Shown: positions 21,181 to 30,651 of the stretch, in pieces | Position numbering within the stretch: the first letter of the stretch is position 1 | Layout of the letters: each line of letters opens with the position of its first letter | From: Vicinamibacterales bacterium | Lineage (GTDB): Bacteria > Acidobacteriota > Vicinamibacteria > Vicinamibacterales > SCN-69-37 | Reading direction: 5' to 3' | DNA: 64,000 bases | Assembly (NCBI GenBank): GCA_038319675.1 | Contig: JBBQDM010000005.1 | Coordinates: 132,850-196,849, forward strand | Notes under the pieces: generated by a model | The model's database searches: none | What the model was told of the DNA's origin: nothing | What the model saw: only the letters and a program-made list of their open reading frames with translations | Made by a program: the position numbers and the translations under genes

Positions 21181-23180
21181 CGGAGGGTCACCCTGAAGAC
21201 GTCGACGCCGGCCGCGAGTGCGCGCTCGTCACCGCCCAGGCCAACACTGGCGGGGGTGGTGGCGCGGGTGAACTCGAGCCTGACGCGATTGAGGCCCGTG
21301 CGCCAGGCGTCGGCAGGCGTCTGAAAGGTCACAACCTCCCAGTCGCCGGTCACGGGAAACGGACCGAAGCTGCCATGCGGTGTATGCACGAGCAGGTGTT
21401 GCATCGGCGCGTCCGGGTACATGAAGGCGCGCACGCGAATCTGAACTTCAAGGTTGCCCGTCTGTGCGAGTGGCACGAGCAGGTGGGCGTCACCGCCGGC
21501 CCAGCGGAACCGTGTGTTGCCGTCCTGCTCAGCGGCGAACCACCCGTCGCCAATCACCAGTGCATCCTCGCCGCCGATGTCGATGCGACCGGTGGGCTGC
21601 AGGGGGTCACCCAGAAACAAAGCGGGGCCAAGTTGGTCGTACATGGCCGGTGAGACGCCGTTGCGGAGCGCGAACCACAGGTTGGCTGGATAGGAGAAGG
21701 GATGACCGACCCAGCCGTGCCAGATGCGCGCCTGCTCGCCTGAGACCTGACCAAACGCGATGGCCTCACCCAATCGGACGGCGCCGCGTTGTGCCGCCGC
21801 CATCAGGGTCAGATTCCAGGCCACCATCGCCGCCGCGACACCTGCCATCACCCACTGCGGATGTGTGCTTACCCAGCGCCGCAGCGTTTCGACAGCGGCA
21901 GCCACGCCGAGCACAAGGATCGGAATGATGCCGTCGAACCGACGACCGCCGTACCCGTCCGAACCCCACCAGTCCTGAATGGAGGCGTTGAACCACACCA
22001 TCACGCCGATGGCGAGCAGCAGAGGCAGGCCAATCGCCGCGTGTTTCCGCGTGAAGCCCAGAAGGCCGAGCACACCCACATACAGAATCGGTGACATCGC
22101 GAGCAGGCCGTTGCGCGAGGAAAACAGCGTGAGTATTAACTGGGGATCGGTCCAACGAATCTTCGGTCCGACAGGTGACACCGCGAGATAGGTCCCGTAG
22201 ATGGCCTTCCACGCGAGCATCTGGGGCAGACACGCGACTGCAGCCACCGCCGTGAACACGGCACCGCCAATGAACAACTGCTGCGCACGGGCGCGATCTC
22301 CGGTGCGCCACGCAGACCACAGTCCCACGGCAACATCACACGCCGGGATGATCGCAAACAGCGCGTTCTGCCATCGGAGCAGGGTCATCAACCCCGCGAT
22401 GAGTCCGAGGATCACCCAACCAGCGATGGTTCGATTGTCGCGCGTGCGAATCCAGTAGAGCAGGAACCCCGCGACCGCCGCCATCGACGGCGCATGCGTC
22501 ATGGTCGGCTCCACCACCATGTACCAAAGCATGAAGGAGCCGCCGGCGACGAGGACGACCGCTGTGGCCGCTACGCGCGTGCGGAACCAGTGTTCACAGA
22601 ACAGCAGCGCAAGCCACCACCCGACCAGGGCGTAGACGAGTCCGGCAATCACGATCGACTGGCGATACGGAAACGAGGTGCCATCCACTGTCACGTCACG
22701 ACCCTGCGCGGCGAGTCGCGTGGCGACGACGTGACCGGTCGCGAAGAAGGGAGACCACACGAGCGCGGGGCCGACCGTCCAGGCCGAGTGCGCGTATCCC
22801 GTGGCCGTGGGTTCAAACAGATGTGGTTTGTCGCCGAGGCCGATCATCCGATAGTCGTTGGCCAGTGATACGTCGCCATCAAACGCGAGCGAGCGCAGGT
22901 AGGCGTAGTAATAAAACGCGTCGCTCTGCAGGCGCGCGCCGAACTGCAACTGCAGGGAGAGTCCACACGCCAGCGCCGTGCCGAACACCAGCAGGCGGAC
23001 GCGGTCACGTCGCACGGTCAAGCCCACGATGCCGGCGATCGCCGCGAGCAGCGCCAGGGTCGTCGCGTCTTCGGGCAGCCCGGGAATCAGGCGTATGCGG
23101 GCGAGCTGTCGGGCGACGACTTCCGTGACGACCAGCGTGAGGCCCAGCCACGCGAGACCACGCACGACTCGGGCCATCAT
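21177..23180 (-). CDS. polytopic GT-C-like membrane protein with C-terminal beta-sandwich-like domain (paralog B)
   Basis: 667 aa. 'RLQSDAFYYYAYLRSLAFDGDVSLANDY', 'GPALVWSPFFATGH', 'DGTSFPYRQS', 'LRWQNA'. C-terminus 'GRIDIGGEDALVIGDGWFAAEQDGNTRFRWA'. ATGA overlaps on both sides. Confidence 0.6.
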   Translation of the reverse strand: MMARVVRGLAWLGLTLVVTEVVARQLARIRLIPGLPEDATTLALLAAIAGIVGLTVRRDRVRLLVFGTALACGLSLQLQFGARLQSDAFYYYAYLRSLAFDGDVSLANDYRMIGLGDKPHLFEPTATGYAHSAWTVGPALVWSPFFATGHVVATRLAAQGRDVTVDGTSFPYRQSIVIAGLVYALVGWWLALLFCEHWFRTRVAATAVVLVAGGSFMLWYMVVEPTMTHAPSMAAVAGFLLYWIRTRDNRTIAGWVILGLIAGLMTLLRWQNALFAIIPACDVAVGLWSAWRTGDRARAQQLFIGGAVFTAVAAVACLPQMLAWKAIYGTYLAVSPVGPKIRWTDPQLILTLFSSRNGLLAMSPILYVGVLGLLGFTRKHAAIGLPLLLAIGVMVWFNASIQDWWGSDGYGGRRFDGIIPILVLGVAAAVETLRRWVSTHPQWVMAGVAAAMVAWNLTLMAAAQRGAVRLGEAIAFGQVSGEQARIWHGWVGHPFSYPANLWFALRNGVSPAMYDQLGPALFLGDPLQPTGRIDIGGEDALVIGDGWFAAEQDGNTRFRWAGGDAHLLVPLAQTGNLEVQIRVRAFMYPDAPMQHLLVHTPHGSFGPFPVTGDWEVVTFQTPADAWRTGLNRVRLEFTRATTPASVGLGGDERALAAGVDVFRVTLR

Positions 23181-24742
23181 TCCTGTCTGGGCACCCGGTG
23201 AATGCGCAGTTCCGGTCCCGGATGGGTGGCAGACGGCAAGAACGTGATGACATGTTCCGTGCGTCGGAAAAGGTCGCTGTAGCCGATCAGTGCGGCTTCT
23301 TCTGGCGGGTCCATGTAGAAGGCCACCCCAAAGGACTGCGACGAGGCAAGCAGATAGTCGTAGCCGCCCTCAAGGTAATGGTCCGTGGACCGAGCGATCA
23401 GTCGTCGTGGAAAGTCCATGTCGTACCGATCTGGCGGCAACAGCACTTCCCGCGTTTCGGTGGCGATGCGTGACCCCTCCGGAATGTTCGCCAGGATCCA
23501 GTCGTAGGCCTGTTTGTTGGTGCTCACTTTGGAGACGGTGGAGAGCCACCCCAGCGCGTTGGACGTCGGCGTGTATCCCAGCACCAGCAGCAGGGCGAGC
23601 GTTGTGGCGAGCGCGATGCCAGTCGGGCGCGGCCAGTGCCGCTGGTGCGCCAGACGCGTGACGGCCGTCACAAGCCACGCGACGGCACCGCCGGCGAGCA
23701 CACACAGGAAAGGCAACAGCGGCAACAGGTACCGACCCCAGACCAGGCGTTGGCCGGAGATCATGTAGTAGTACACCAGCGCAAACGTCGCGGTCAGCAC
23801 CCACGCGCGCGTCTCGGCCGCGCGCGGGGCACGCATCACCGCGCGCGCCGTCAGCAGCAGTCCCGCCCCAGCCGCTACCAGGGCGGGAATCGAGACGTTG
23901 TTGCGCAGGTGTTTGTAATACGTGAGCCACGCCGCTTCCGGCCGTGGCGGGCCGTCCGCATACATGTCGGCGAGATAGGCGAACGCGTTGAGGAACTCCG
24001 GAAGGGCAATCACTGTGTACGGCGCGCACAGCAGAAACATCACCGCAGCACCGAGGACGGAGAGCAACAAGGCGCGTACTCGCCATCGCCAGGATTCCGC
24101 GGAGAACGCCAGCGCAAGCACCGGAATCAGAAACGCCACGCCGCCGTTGTATTTGGTCGCCGCCGCTGCTCCCACAGCAAGACCCACCCACAGGAAGCCG
24201 CGCCGCTGCCGCCACTCGCCGGCGCTCAGGGTGAGCACCCAGGTCAGCGCCACAAAAAATGTCATCGGCACGTCGGTGAGCACGAAATGGGATTCGCGCA
24301 CGTGCAGGGATTGCACGGCGAAGAGGGCGGCGGCCAGCAGGCCCGTCAGTGGCGAAATGCGGCGTCCCGCCAGATAGACCAGCAGGATCGTCGCCGTGCC
24401 AAACGCGGCGGTCACGGCACGTCCCCAGAGATAGAACTCGGCCGGGGGGGCCTGGTTCAGGTTCGACCAGAGGCCACCAATACTGCCCACGACAAAACGC
24501 ACGCAGGCGACGAGGAACTGCAGGTAGATATACAGGCCGGGATAATCGAAGAAGTGCGGGTGCAGGTCACCCGTGTTCATCATCCGGACAGCGCGCTCCA
24601 TGATCTCCGGCTCGTCGATGCCGAGTGCATACGGAATGCCGTGGCCCAGTGCCGTGAAGCGGAGCACCGCCCCAATAGCGAGGATCAGCAGGAGTGCCGG
24701 CAGGTGCCAGCGTGTCTGGGCGTGCGCCATTCGGACAATCAT
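23177..24742 (-). CDS. GT39/ArnT-PMT-like phospholipid-carrier-dependent glycosyltransferase
   Basis: 'LLLILAIGAVLRFTALGHGIPYALGIDEPEIMERAVRMM..GDLHPHFFDYPGLYIYLQ' is the typical family-39/PMT_2 N-terminus with a DE motif in loop 1. About 11 TM segments. Start taken at ATG 24742 or 24730. The ORF start at 24973 is rejected because it overlaps the upstream GT4. Confidence 0.7.
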   Translation of the reverse strand: MIVRMAHAQTRWHLPALLLILAIGAVLRFTALGHGIPYALGIDEPEIMERAVRMMNTGDLHPHFFDYPGLYIYLQFLVACVRFVVGSIGGLWSNLNQAPPAEFYLWGRAVTAAFGTATILLVYLAGRRISPLTGLLAAALFAVQSLHVRESHFVLTDVPMTFFVALTWVLTLSAGEWRQRRGFLWVGLAVGAAAATKYNGGVAFLIPVLALAFSAESWRWRVRALLLSVLGAAVMFLLCAPYTVIALPEFLNAFAYLADMYADGPPRPEAAWLTYYKHLRNNVSIPALVAAGAGLLLTARAVMRAPRAAETRAWVLTATFALVYYYMISGQRLVWGRYLLPLLPFLCVLAGGAVAWLVTAVTRLAHQRHWPRPTGIALATTLALLLVLGYTPTSNALGWLSTVSKVSTNKQAYDWILANIPEGSRIATETREVLLPPDRYDMDFPRRLIARSTDHYLEGGYDYLLASSQSFGVAFYMDPPEEAALIGYSDLFRRTEHVITFLPSATHPGPELRIHRVPRQE

Positions 24743-24752
24743 TGTAGTCGGG

Positions 24753-26012
24753 TCAGGCGCGCAGGCGCCGATACACGTCCAGCAACTGATCCACGAGCAC
24801 GGGCCACGCGAAGTGAGATTCGACCAGGCGTCGCCCGGCGTGGCCGAATGTGGTGAGCCGGGCGGGAGTGGAAACCGCGTCGGTGATCGCCGCTGCGAGG
24901 CCCTCGACATCTTCAACGTCCACGAGCCAGCCGGTGCTGCCCGGCTGCACCTTGTCGGGAAGTCCACCGGCACGAGTGGCGATCACAGGGGTACGGTGCG
25001 CCATCGCTTCCAGGGTGACCAGCGAACTGCCCTCATAGCGCGTGGGATGTACAAAGACCGTCGCGGCTTCGTACCAGGCGTGCAGATCGGCGTCGGTCAC
25101 CCGACCGGCAAAGATGACGTGGGACGCCAGTCCGAGGCTGTTGACCAGCGACGTCAGTGTCTGCCGAAATGGGCCGGCACCCGCAATGACCCAGCGCCAG
25201 CCGTGGGTGTGGAGGGCACTGCCTGGCACCGCAGCCACCGCCAGCGCCCGCGCCATCAGATCAAACCCTTTGTTGTGTTCGAGCCGTCCGACGCTCAGGA
25301 AGACGGTTTCGCCCGCGCGGATCCCGTGCTGATGCCGGACAATCTGACCCTCGGCGGGTCCGGCCAGCGCACTGACCTCTGTCAGGTCGAGGCCATTGGG
25401 GATCGTGACCATCTGGCCGTCGCGAGGTGACAGATGCCGTTGCACGACGGGTTCGAGCGCATGGTCCGTGGCGAGGATCACCTGGGATCGTCGCGCGCAG
25501 GCCCGGACGGCGGCACGCAACGGCGCGTAGCCAACTCGTTTGCCGATTGATAACGTGTCGGCGCTGGCCCCGAATTCTTCGAGCCCCTGCGGATTGAGCA
25601 CCAGTGGCGGATCCGAGACGCGTCGGCCGAGCGCGTAGCCGAGCGCACTGGCGCCAAAGGCATGCACGATGTCGACCTGCCCCGCACGGGCCAGCGCCAA
25701 TGCCACACGGCCCGCCCGCCACCCGAACACCGGATAGGCAGTGCTCCGATCAAGGATCGTGGTGCCGCGACGGTTGGCGAGCGGAAACGTGACGTACGGC
25801 ACGTGGCGCACGTGAATGCGCGGAGAGGCGAACGGATCGCTCAGGCCGCGACGCCGGACGCTTGAGGGCGGAGGCGTGATGAGCGTCACGTCCACGTCGC
25901 GCATCGCGAGATGGCGCACGAGGTCGTGAACGGAGCGTTCGAGGCCCCCGTCACCGTGGAGGGGCCGCACCGCTCGGGCAATCACAGCGACGCGACAGAC
26001 AGGGGGCGTCAT
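24753..26012 (-). CDS. glycosyltransferase family 4 (GT-B, group 1)
   Basis: 'RVAVIARAVRPLHGDGGLERSVHDL' N-terminal domain. C-terminal 'HPTRYEGSSLVTLEAMAHRTPVIATRAGGLPD' (E-x7-E region). Confidence 0.85.
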   Translation of the reverse strand: MTPPVCRVAVIARAVRPLHGDGGLERSVHDLVRHLAMRDVDVTLITPPPSSVRRRGLSDPFASPRIHVRHVPYVTFPLANRRGTTILDRSTAYPVFGWRAGRVALALARAGQVDIVHAFGASALGYALGRRVSDPPLVLNPQGLEEFGASADTLSIGKRVGYAPLRAAVRACARRSQVILATDHALEPVVQRHLSPRDGQMVTIPNGLDLTEVSALAGPAEGQIVRHQHGIRAGETVFLSVGRLEHNKGFDLMARALAVAAVPGSALHTHGWRWVIAGAGPFRQTLTSLVNSLGLASHVIFAGRVTDADLHAWYEAATVFVHPTRYEGSSLVTLEAMAHRTPVIATRAGGLPDKVQPGSTGWLVDVEDVEGLAAAITDAVSTPARLTTFGHAGRRLVESHFAWPVLVDQLLDVYRRLRA

Positions 26013-27262
26013 GTGGACAGCACCTGGTGATACACGACTTCCACACGGGCGGCCACCTGCGACGCTTCGAACCGATCACGGGCGTGTCGAGCGGCGGCGG
26101 CCCCGAGCGCCCCGCGCAGAGCGGCGTCGCCGGCCAACCGCGCCAGGTCGTGTGCAAATCCTTTCGGCGTGTCTGACACAAGTCCAGTGACCTCGTGCTG
26201 CAGGATGTCGCGCGTGCCTCCGGTGTTCATCGCGGCGATGGGCACGCCCAAGGCGGACGCTTCGATCAACACGCGGCTCAGCGACTCCGGACCATACGAC
26301 GGAAACGCGAGCAACTGCGCGCGTCGCATCAGGTCGAGCACCTCGATACGGTCGCGCCACCCGAGCCACTGCACGGCGCGACCGCGACGCACGGCGTCGG
26401 CGGCCAGGGTCTCGCGCAGCGGCCCGTCACCCACCACCACGAGCGGCAACGTGATGCCGGCGGCATCGAGTGCCGGCAGCAGAAACTGCACGCCTTTGTT
26501 GATGGCGAGCTTGCCCGCATAGAGGACAAACGGTTCCCCTGACGGGCGCTCCGTCACGACGAGATCGTCCATGTTGACCGGATTGGGGATCGTGCTGACG
26601 CGCGCGGGATCCAACTCGGGCGCTCGGGCGATCAGGTCTGCGGTGATCACGGAGCTGACACCGATCACGGCATCGGCCTGCGCGAGCGTGCGCCGTTTGG
26701 TCGCGAGGTTCCTCCGCATGTACGGAATCAGCGCCCACGACAGTGGCCCCAGGCTGCCGGCGCGTCCCCGTGTGCACGTGCGCATGTGCGCGACGGTGCA
26801 GGAGGGGCAGAGCGATGACTGCGTCGCGTCGATGATCAGGTCGGACCAATAACAGACGGGCCAATAATCACGCACGGTCGCCACACTCGGGATGCCAAGC
26901 TGCTTCGCCGCCCGCACCGTCGGCACCGTTGTCATCGTATGTTGCGCGTGGAGCAGGTCCACGGGATCGGTGGAGCAACGCGTCACCAGATATCGCGTGA
27001 GGTGCGACCACAGGCGCTCGTTCTTCAATACGTTGCGCAGTGCCGGGACGTTGGGCACACGGATGCGGTATCTGGTCACCGCGATGGTGTCGTAGTGCGC
27101 GGATTCAATGTGTGTCGTGTCGCCGGGCACAACGTGGACGACCGACACCCGGTGCCCGCGGTGCTGGAGTTGCCGCGCCAGTTCGAAGGTGCTCCACCCC
27201 GACCCTCCGGAGCCAGGCGGAAACGAATCGGTCACGAGCAGAACGCTGAGTGGGGCCGCCAT
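26009..27262 (-). CDS. glycosyltransferase family 4 with Cys-rich insertion
   Basis: 'SVLLVTDSFPPGSGGSGWSTFELARQL', 'FPSYGPESLSRVLIEASALGVPIAAMNTGGTRD'. Insertion 'WPVCYW...SLCPSCTVAHMRTC'. Start at ATG 27262 (M37 of the ORF), 1 nt from the upstream stop. Confidence 0.85.
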   Translation of the reverse strand: MAAPLSVLLVTDSFPPGSGGSGWSTFELARQLQHRGHRVSVVHVVPGDTTHIESAHYDTIAVTRYRIRVPNVPALRNVLKNERLWSHLTRYLVTRCSTDPVDLLHAQHTMTTVPTVRAAKQLGIPSVATVRDYWPVCYWSDLIIDATQSSLCPSCTVAHMRTCTRGRAGSLGPLSWALIPYMRRNLATKRRTLAQADAVIGVSSVITADLIARAPELDPARVSTIPNPVNMDDLVVTERPSGEPFVLYAGKLAINKGVQFLLPALDAAGITLPLVVVGDGPLRETLAADAVRRGRAVQWLGWRDRIEVLDLMRRAQLLAFPSYGPESLSRVLIEASALGVPIAAMNTGGTRDILQHEVTGLVSDTPKGFAHDLARLAGDAALRGALGAAAARHARDRFEASQVAARVEVVYHQVLST

Positions 27263-27263
27263 G

Positions 27264-28421
27264 TCAGGCACGAGTGAGAGTACGCAAGCGTGCGTCGATG
27301 TCGGCACAGTGGGCCCGCCAGCTGTATTGCGCCACGGCGCGTGTGCGTGCCGCCTGGCCCAGCCGCGCACGCAACGTGGCGTCCGTCAACCGCACAAGCG
27401 CGGCGTCGAGTGTGCGGGGATCCATCGGATCGTAGAGCAACCCTTCGGATTCATCGCCGACAAGATGAGCGATGCGTGGCAGGCGTGGGGCGACGACCGG
27501 CAGGCCGGACGACATGTATTCGAAAATCTTCAGCGGCGACCAGTAGAAGCCGAGGGCGAGTGGTTTGTGTTTGCCGGGGTCAAACGGCGCAACGCCGATG
27601 TCGGCAGCGGCGAGGCACTGCGGCAGATCGCCGTGCGGCACGGCGCCGGTGAATGTGACGCCGGGCAGGTCGCGCGCGGCGTATTCGGCGTGCGCTCGTT
27701 CGGGCCCGTCGCCAATGAACACGGCACCCAGGCGGTGTTCGCCCCGCGCATGCAGACGAGCGAGTGAGGCGGAGAGTTGCACGACGCCGTGCCACGAGCG
27801 AAACGCACCGGCGAACACACAGAGCACGCGCTGTGGATCACGCGCGAAGGGGAGTGGTCCAGTGGCGTCCGGACGGAAGTGATCGACGTTGGCGCCCCAC
27901 TCGGCTTCCAGTATGCGTGCCGGTTCCACCCAGGATGGCAGGATGCCGCGATTCGGCGTGATGAACAGGTCGGTCTCGCGACACAACGCGTCGCGCCAAC
28001 GACGCATCGGCTCAACAATTAAGGCGCGATCGATCCGGCTCTTGAGTGAGCCCGGGTAGTCGATGATGGGCGCATTCACTTCGAGCACGGCGAGAATGCC
28101 GAGGCGCTTGGCCGCGCGAACCCCTTCGCCACCGAAGTTGTAGTACCGCTCCATGATGACGTTGGCGCCGACCTGCCGTGCCAACGCTTCCACCGCGCCG
28201 ACACGTGTCCACCGCAGTGCCGATTGTCCAAACGGGGGCGTCAGGTGGTGCCAATGCACGGGCGTAGTCCCGTCCGGAGCGGGCCAGGGGCCGCCTTGTC
28301 CGACCAGCACGTGCACGGTGTGGCCCAACGCGGCCAGGCCCTGCGCCACCGCCTGCACATGCACCGAGCCGCCGAGTGTGCCGGGCACACGCTGGTCGAG
28401 CGCGGCATAGACGATCGTCAC
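27264..28421 (-). CDS. glycosyltransferase family 4
   Basis: 'VTIVYAALDQRVPGTLGGSVHVQAVAQGLAALGHTVHVL', 'YWSPLKIFEYMSSGLPVVAPRLPRI'. GTG at 28421 overlaps the upstream TGA (GTGA). The ORF start at 28538 is rejected. Confidence 0.8.
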   Translation of the reverse strand: MTIVYAALDQRVPGTLGGSVHVQAVAQGLAALGHTVHVLVGQGGPWPAPDGTTPVHWHHLTPPFGQSALRWTRVGAVEALARQVGANVIMERYYNFGGEGVRAAKRLGILAVLEVNAPIIDYPGSLKSRIDRALIVEPMRRWRDALCRETDLFITPNRGILPSWVEPARILEAEWGANVDHFRPDATGPLPFARDPQRVLCVFAGAFRSWHGVVQLSASLARLHARGEHRLGAVFIGDGPERAHAEYAARDLPGVTFTGAVPHGDLPQCLAAADIGVAPFDPGKHKPLALGFYWSPLKIFEYMSSGLPVVAPRLPRIAHLVGDESEGLLYDPMDPRTLDAALVRLTDATLRARLGQAARTRAVAQYSWRAHCADIDARLRTLTRA

Positions 28422-29476
28422 GAGGGTGGTGCCTCCGTGGAGACTTTGCGCAGCCGCGCAAAAAATGGCCCGGAGCGGAAGCGGCCGAGGAGCAGCACAT
28501 CGAGGTACATGAGTGCGGAGAACCCGCGCAGCGCCCAATACATCGCGCCACCGGTCCGGAGTCGTGCCTTGGCGTCCTTGCGCGCCTCCCGCACAGCCGT
28601 GCCCTTGTCGTCGACCACACCACCGGCCCGGCGTCGCGCACGACGAGTGACCATCTGCTCGCCCATCCGCATCAGGATGTTTTCGACGAAGGCCCCGATG
28701 ATGGGTGTGTAGTACGTGATGCGGTCAACCGTGAAACCACACGCGGCCGCGACACGATGCAGGTCTTCGTGATCGGCGATTGGGTTGAGGTGATCCGACT
28801 TGCGGAGGCGTTCGGTCCGCAGGTCGAGCAGACCCAGGCGTTCAAGACCGTGGGCCAGCGTGTTCACCAGACGCACGCCGACCGCCATCGGGCCGTTCTT
28901 GCGCACGTGTGTGTAGACAAACAGCGCCCCGCCTGGCACGAGTACACGGTTGGCTTCCCGCAGCATGTCGTGTAGCGCCGGCGGTGACAGGTGTTCGAGC
29001 ACGTCGAGCGACCACCCCTTGGTGAACGCCGCGTCCGTCAGCGGCAGACGGCGCAAATCACCCAGCAGTAGGTCGGTGCCGTCGAGCGCTTCGCGCGAAA
29101 AAAATGGGCTGATGTCCACGCCTGTCATCGCCGCGCCGGTATCGCGGTTCCACAGCATCGCCCGCCCGCTGCCGCATCCCAGGTCCACGACACGATCCGC
29201 GGGTGAGAGGTCCAGAAACGCGCGCAGACGGTCGTTGCGAATCTTTGAACCCAGCAACGGCGGGGCGACGGTCTCGTGACGGGCATCAATGTGCAGCGCT
29301 TCATCGAGGTACTTCGTCTGTTCTTCGAACGCCGCCAGGGGGCGCAGGTCGAGATAACCCTGCGAGCCGTCAAACGCTCGCTGGCACGCGGCACACCGGG
29401 CGCCTGCCCCGGTAGGCGTGAGGGTGGTCTCGCACTCGGGGCAACGCACCACAGTGAACAGGGTTGGCGAAATCAT
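28418..29476 (-). CDS. class I SAM-dependent methyltransferase with N-terminal zinc-ribbon and C-terminal hydrophobic helix
   Basis: 'VVRCPECETTLTP..ARCAACQRAFDGSQGYLDLRP' (CxxC...CxxC). SAM motif I 'VVDLGCGSGR'. C-terminal 'AMYWALRGFSALMYLDVLLLGRF'. Confidence 0.8.
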   Translation of the reverse strand: MISPTLFTVVRCPECETTLTPTGAGARCAACQRAFDGSQGYLDLRPLAAFEEQTKYLDEALHIDARHETVAPPLLGSKIRNDRLRAFLDLSPADRVVDLGCGSGRAMLWNRDTGAAMTGVDISPFFSREALDGTDLLLGDLRRLPLTDAAFTKGWSLDVLEHLSPPALHDMLREANRVLVPGGALFVYTHVRKNGPMAVGVRLVNTLAHGLERLGLLDLRTERLRKSDHLNPIADHEDLHRVAAACGFTVDRITYYTPIIGAFVENILMRMGEQMVTRRARRRAGGVVDDKGTAVREARKDAKARLRTGGAMYWALRGFSALMYLDVLLLGRFRSGPFFARLRKVSTEAPPS

Positions 29477-30651
29477 GCGCGCACCGCCGCGGTCAACGCC
29501 AGTTCGAGTCGCTCGGCGCGCCGGTCCCAGGTGTACTGGGGCGCGAGTGCGCGTGCGGCCGCGCCAAGGCGACGACGCAATTGCGGGTCGGCTTGAAGCC
29601 GACCCAGCGCAGCAGCCAGTGCATCGGCGTCGCCGGCCGGCACCAGCAGGGCTGTGTGTTCGTGCGTCAACACTTCACGCAGGGAGGGGAGATCGGATGC
29701 CACGATGGCCTTGCCACGGGTGAGGTACTCGAAGAGTTTCAACGGGGAAGTATAGCGGTCCGAGATTGCGCTGTGTGTATTGGGCAGCACCAGTACGTCA
29801 GCCTCGTCGAGCGCGTGTGCCACCGCGTGCGGGGCGAGCAGGCCGGTCATCGTGACGCGCTCGGTCAGATGCAGATCCTGCAGCAGGCGTTGGATACGTC
29901 CAAGGTCGGCCTCACCCGGATGCCCGCCGACGATCACGCCGCGGACATCCGGTGTCTGGGCGAGCGCGTGCAGAAAAATGTCGATGCCTTTCCAGGGATA
30001 CAGGTGCCCGGCGTAGCCGACGCACAGCGGACCCGGCACCCAATCACGGGTCGAGACAGGTGAGGCGACCGCACCATCGGGCACCACGAACACCGCGTCT
30101 CGATGACCGTACCGTGCGGCGAGGTCGGTGGCGAGTGCCTGCGTAATCGTGACGTAGGCGTCCGCCGTGCGCCACACCAGCGATTCGCGTCGATCGAGCC
30201 GGCGCACCTTTGAGGAGCTTGGTGCCTGGTTGGGCTTGCCAAGCAGCCGCGGCATTTCCTCGGCCACGATCGGGGCAATGCCGTGTGACTCATAGACCAG
30301 CGCGGGACGCCGACTGGCAGGAAGACGCGCGAGCAACGAGGCGAGACCAAGGTCGCGCGTGAACACCACATCCACGCCGCCGGAGAGCGCACGGCGCACG
30401 CCAGTCCACAACATCTGAGCGCGCCGCAGGGGCGCGACGCCCGAGGTCGTGATGGGCTCGATGGTCAGCTGGGCGCAGGGCGGAAGTCCGTAGAAGGCGA
30501 ACGGATCCCGAGCCGGCACGGTGGTGTCGGGACGGACGAGGAGCGTCAGGGCATGCCCACGGGCTGCCAGCGCGTGGCAGGTGTGCATGGTCTGTACGCC
30601 ATTGGCCCGTTCAATCGGAAAGCGGGTGTCGGCAAACGAGAGAATGTTCAC
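29473..30651 (-). CDS. glycosyltransferase family 4
   Basis: 'MNILSFADTRFPIERANGVQTMHTCHALAARGHALTLLV', 'YTSPLKLFEYLTRGKAIVASDLPSLRE'. GTG start at 30651 in a GTGA overlap. Confidence 0.85.
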   Translation of the reverse strand: MNILSFADTRFPIERANGVQTMHTCHALAARGHALTLLVRPDTTVPARDPFAFYGLPPCAQLTIEPITTSGVAPLRRAQMLWTGVRRALSGGVDVVFTRDLGLASLLARLPASRRPALVYESHGIAPIVAEEMPRLLGKPNQAPSSSKVRRLDRRESLVWRTADAYVTITQALATDLAARYGHRDAVFVVPDGAVASPVSTRDWVPGPLCVGYAGHLYPWKGIDIFLHALAQTPDVRGVIVGGHPGEADLGRIQRLLQDLHLTERVTMTGLLAPHAVAHALDEADVLVLPNTHSAISDRYTSPLKLFEYLTRGKAIVASDLPSLREVLTHEHTALLVPAGDADALAAALGRLQADPQLRRRLGAAARALAPQYTWDRRAERLELALTAAVRA

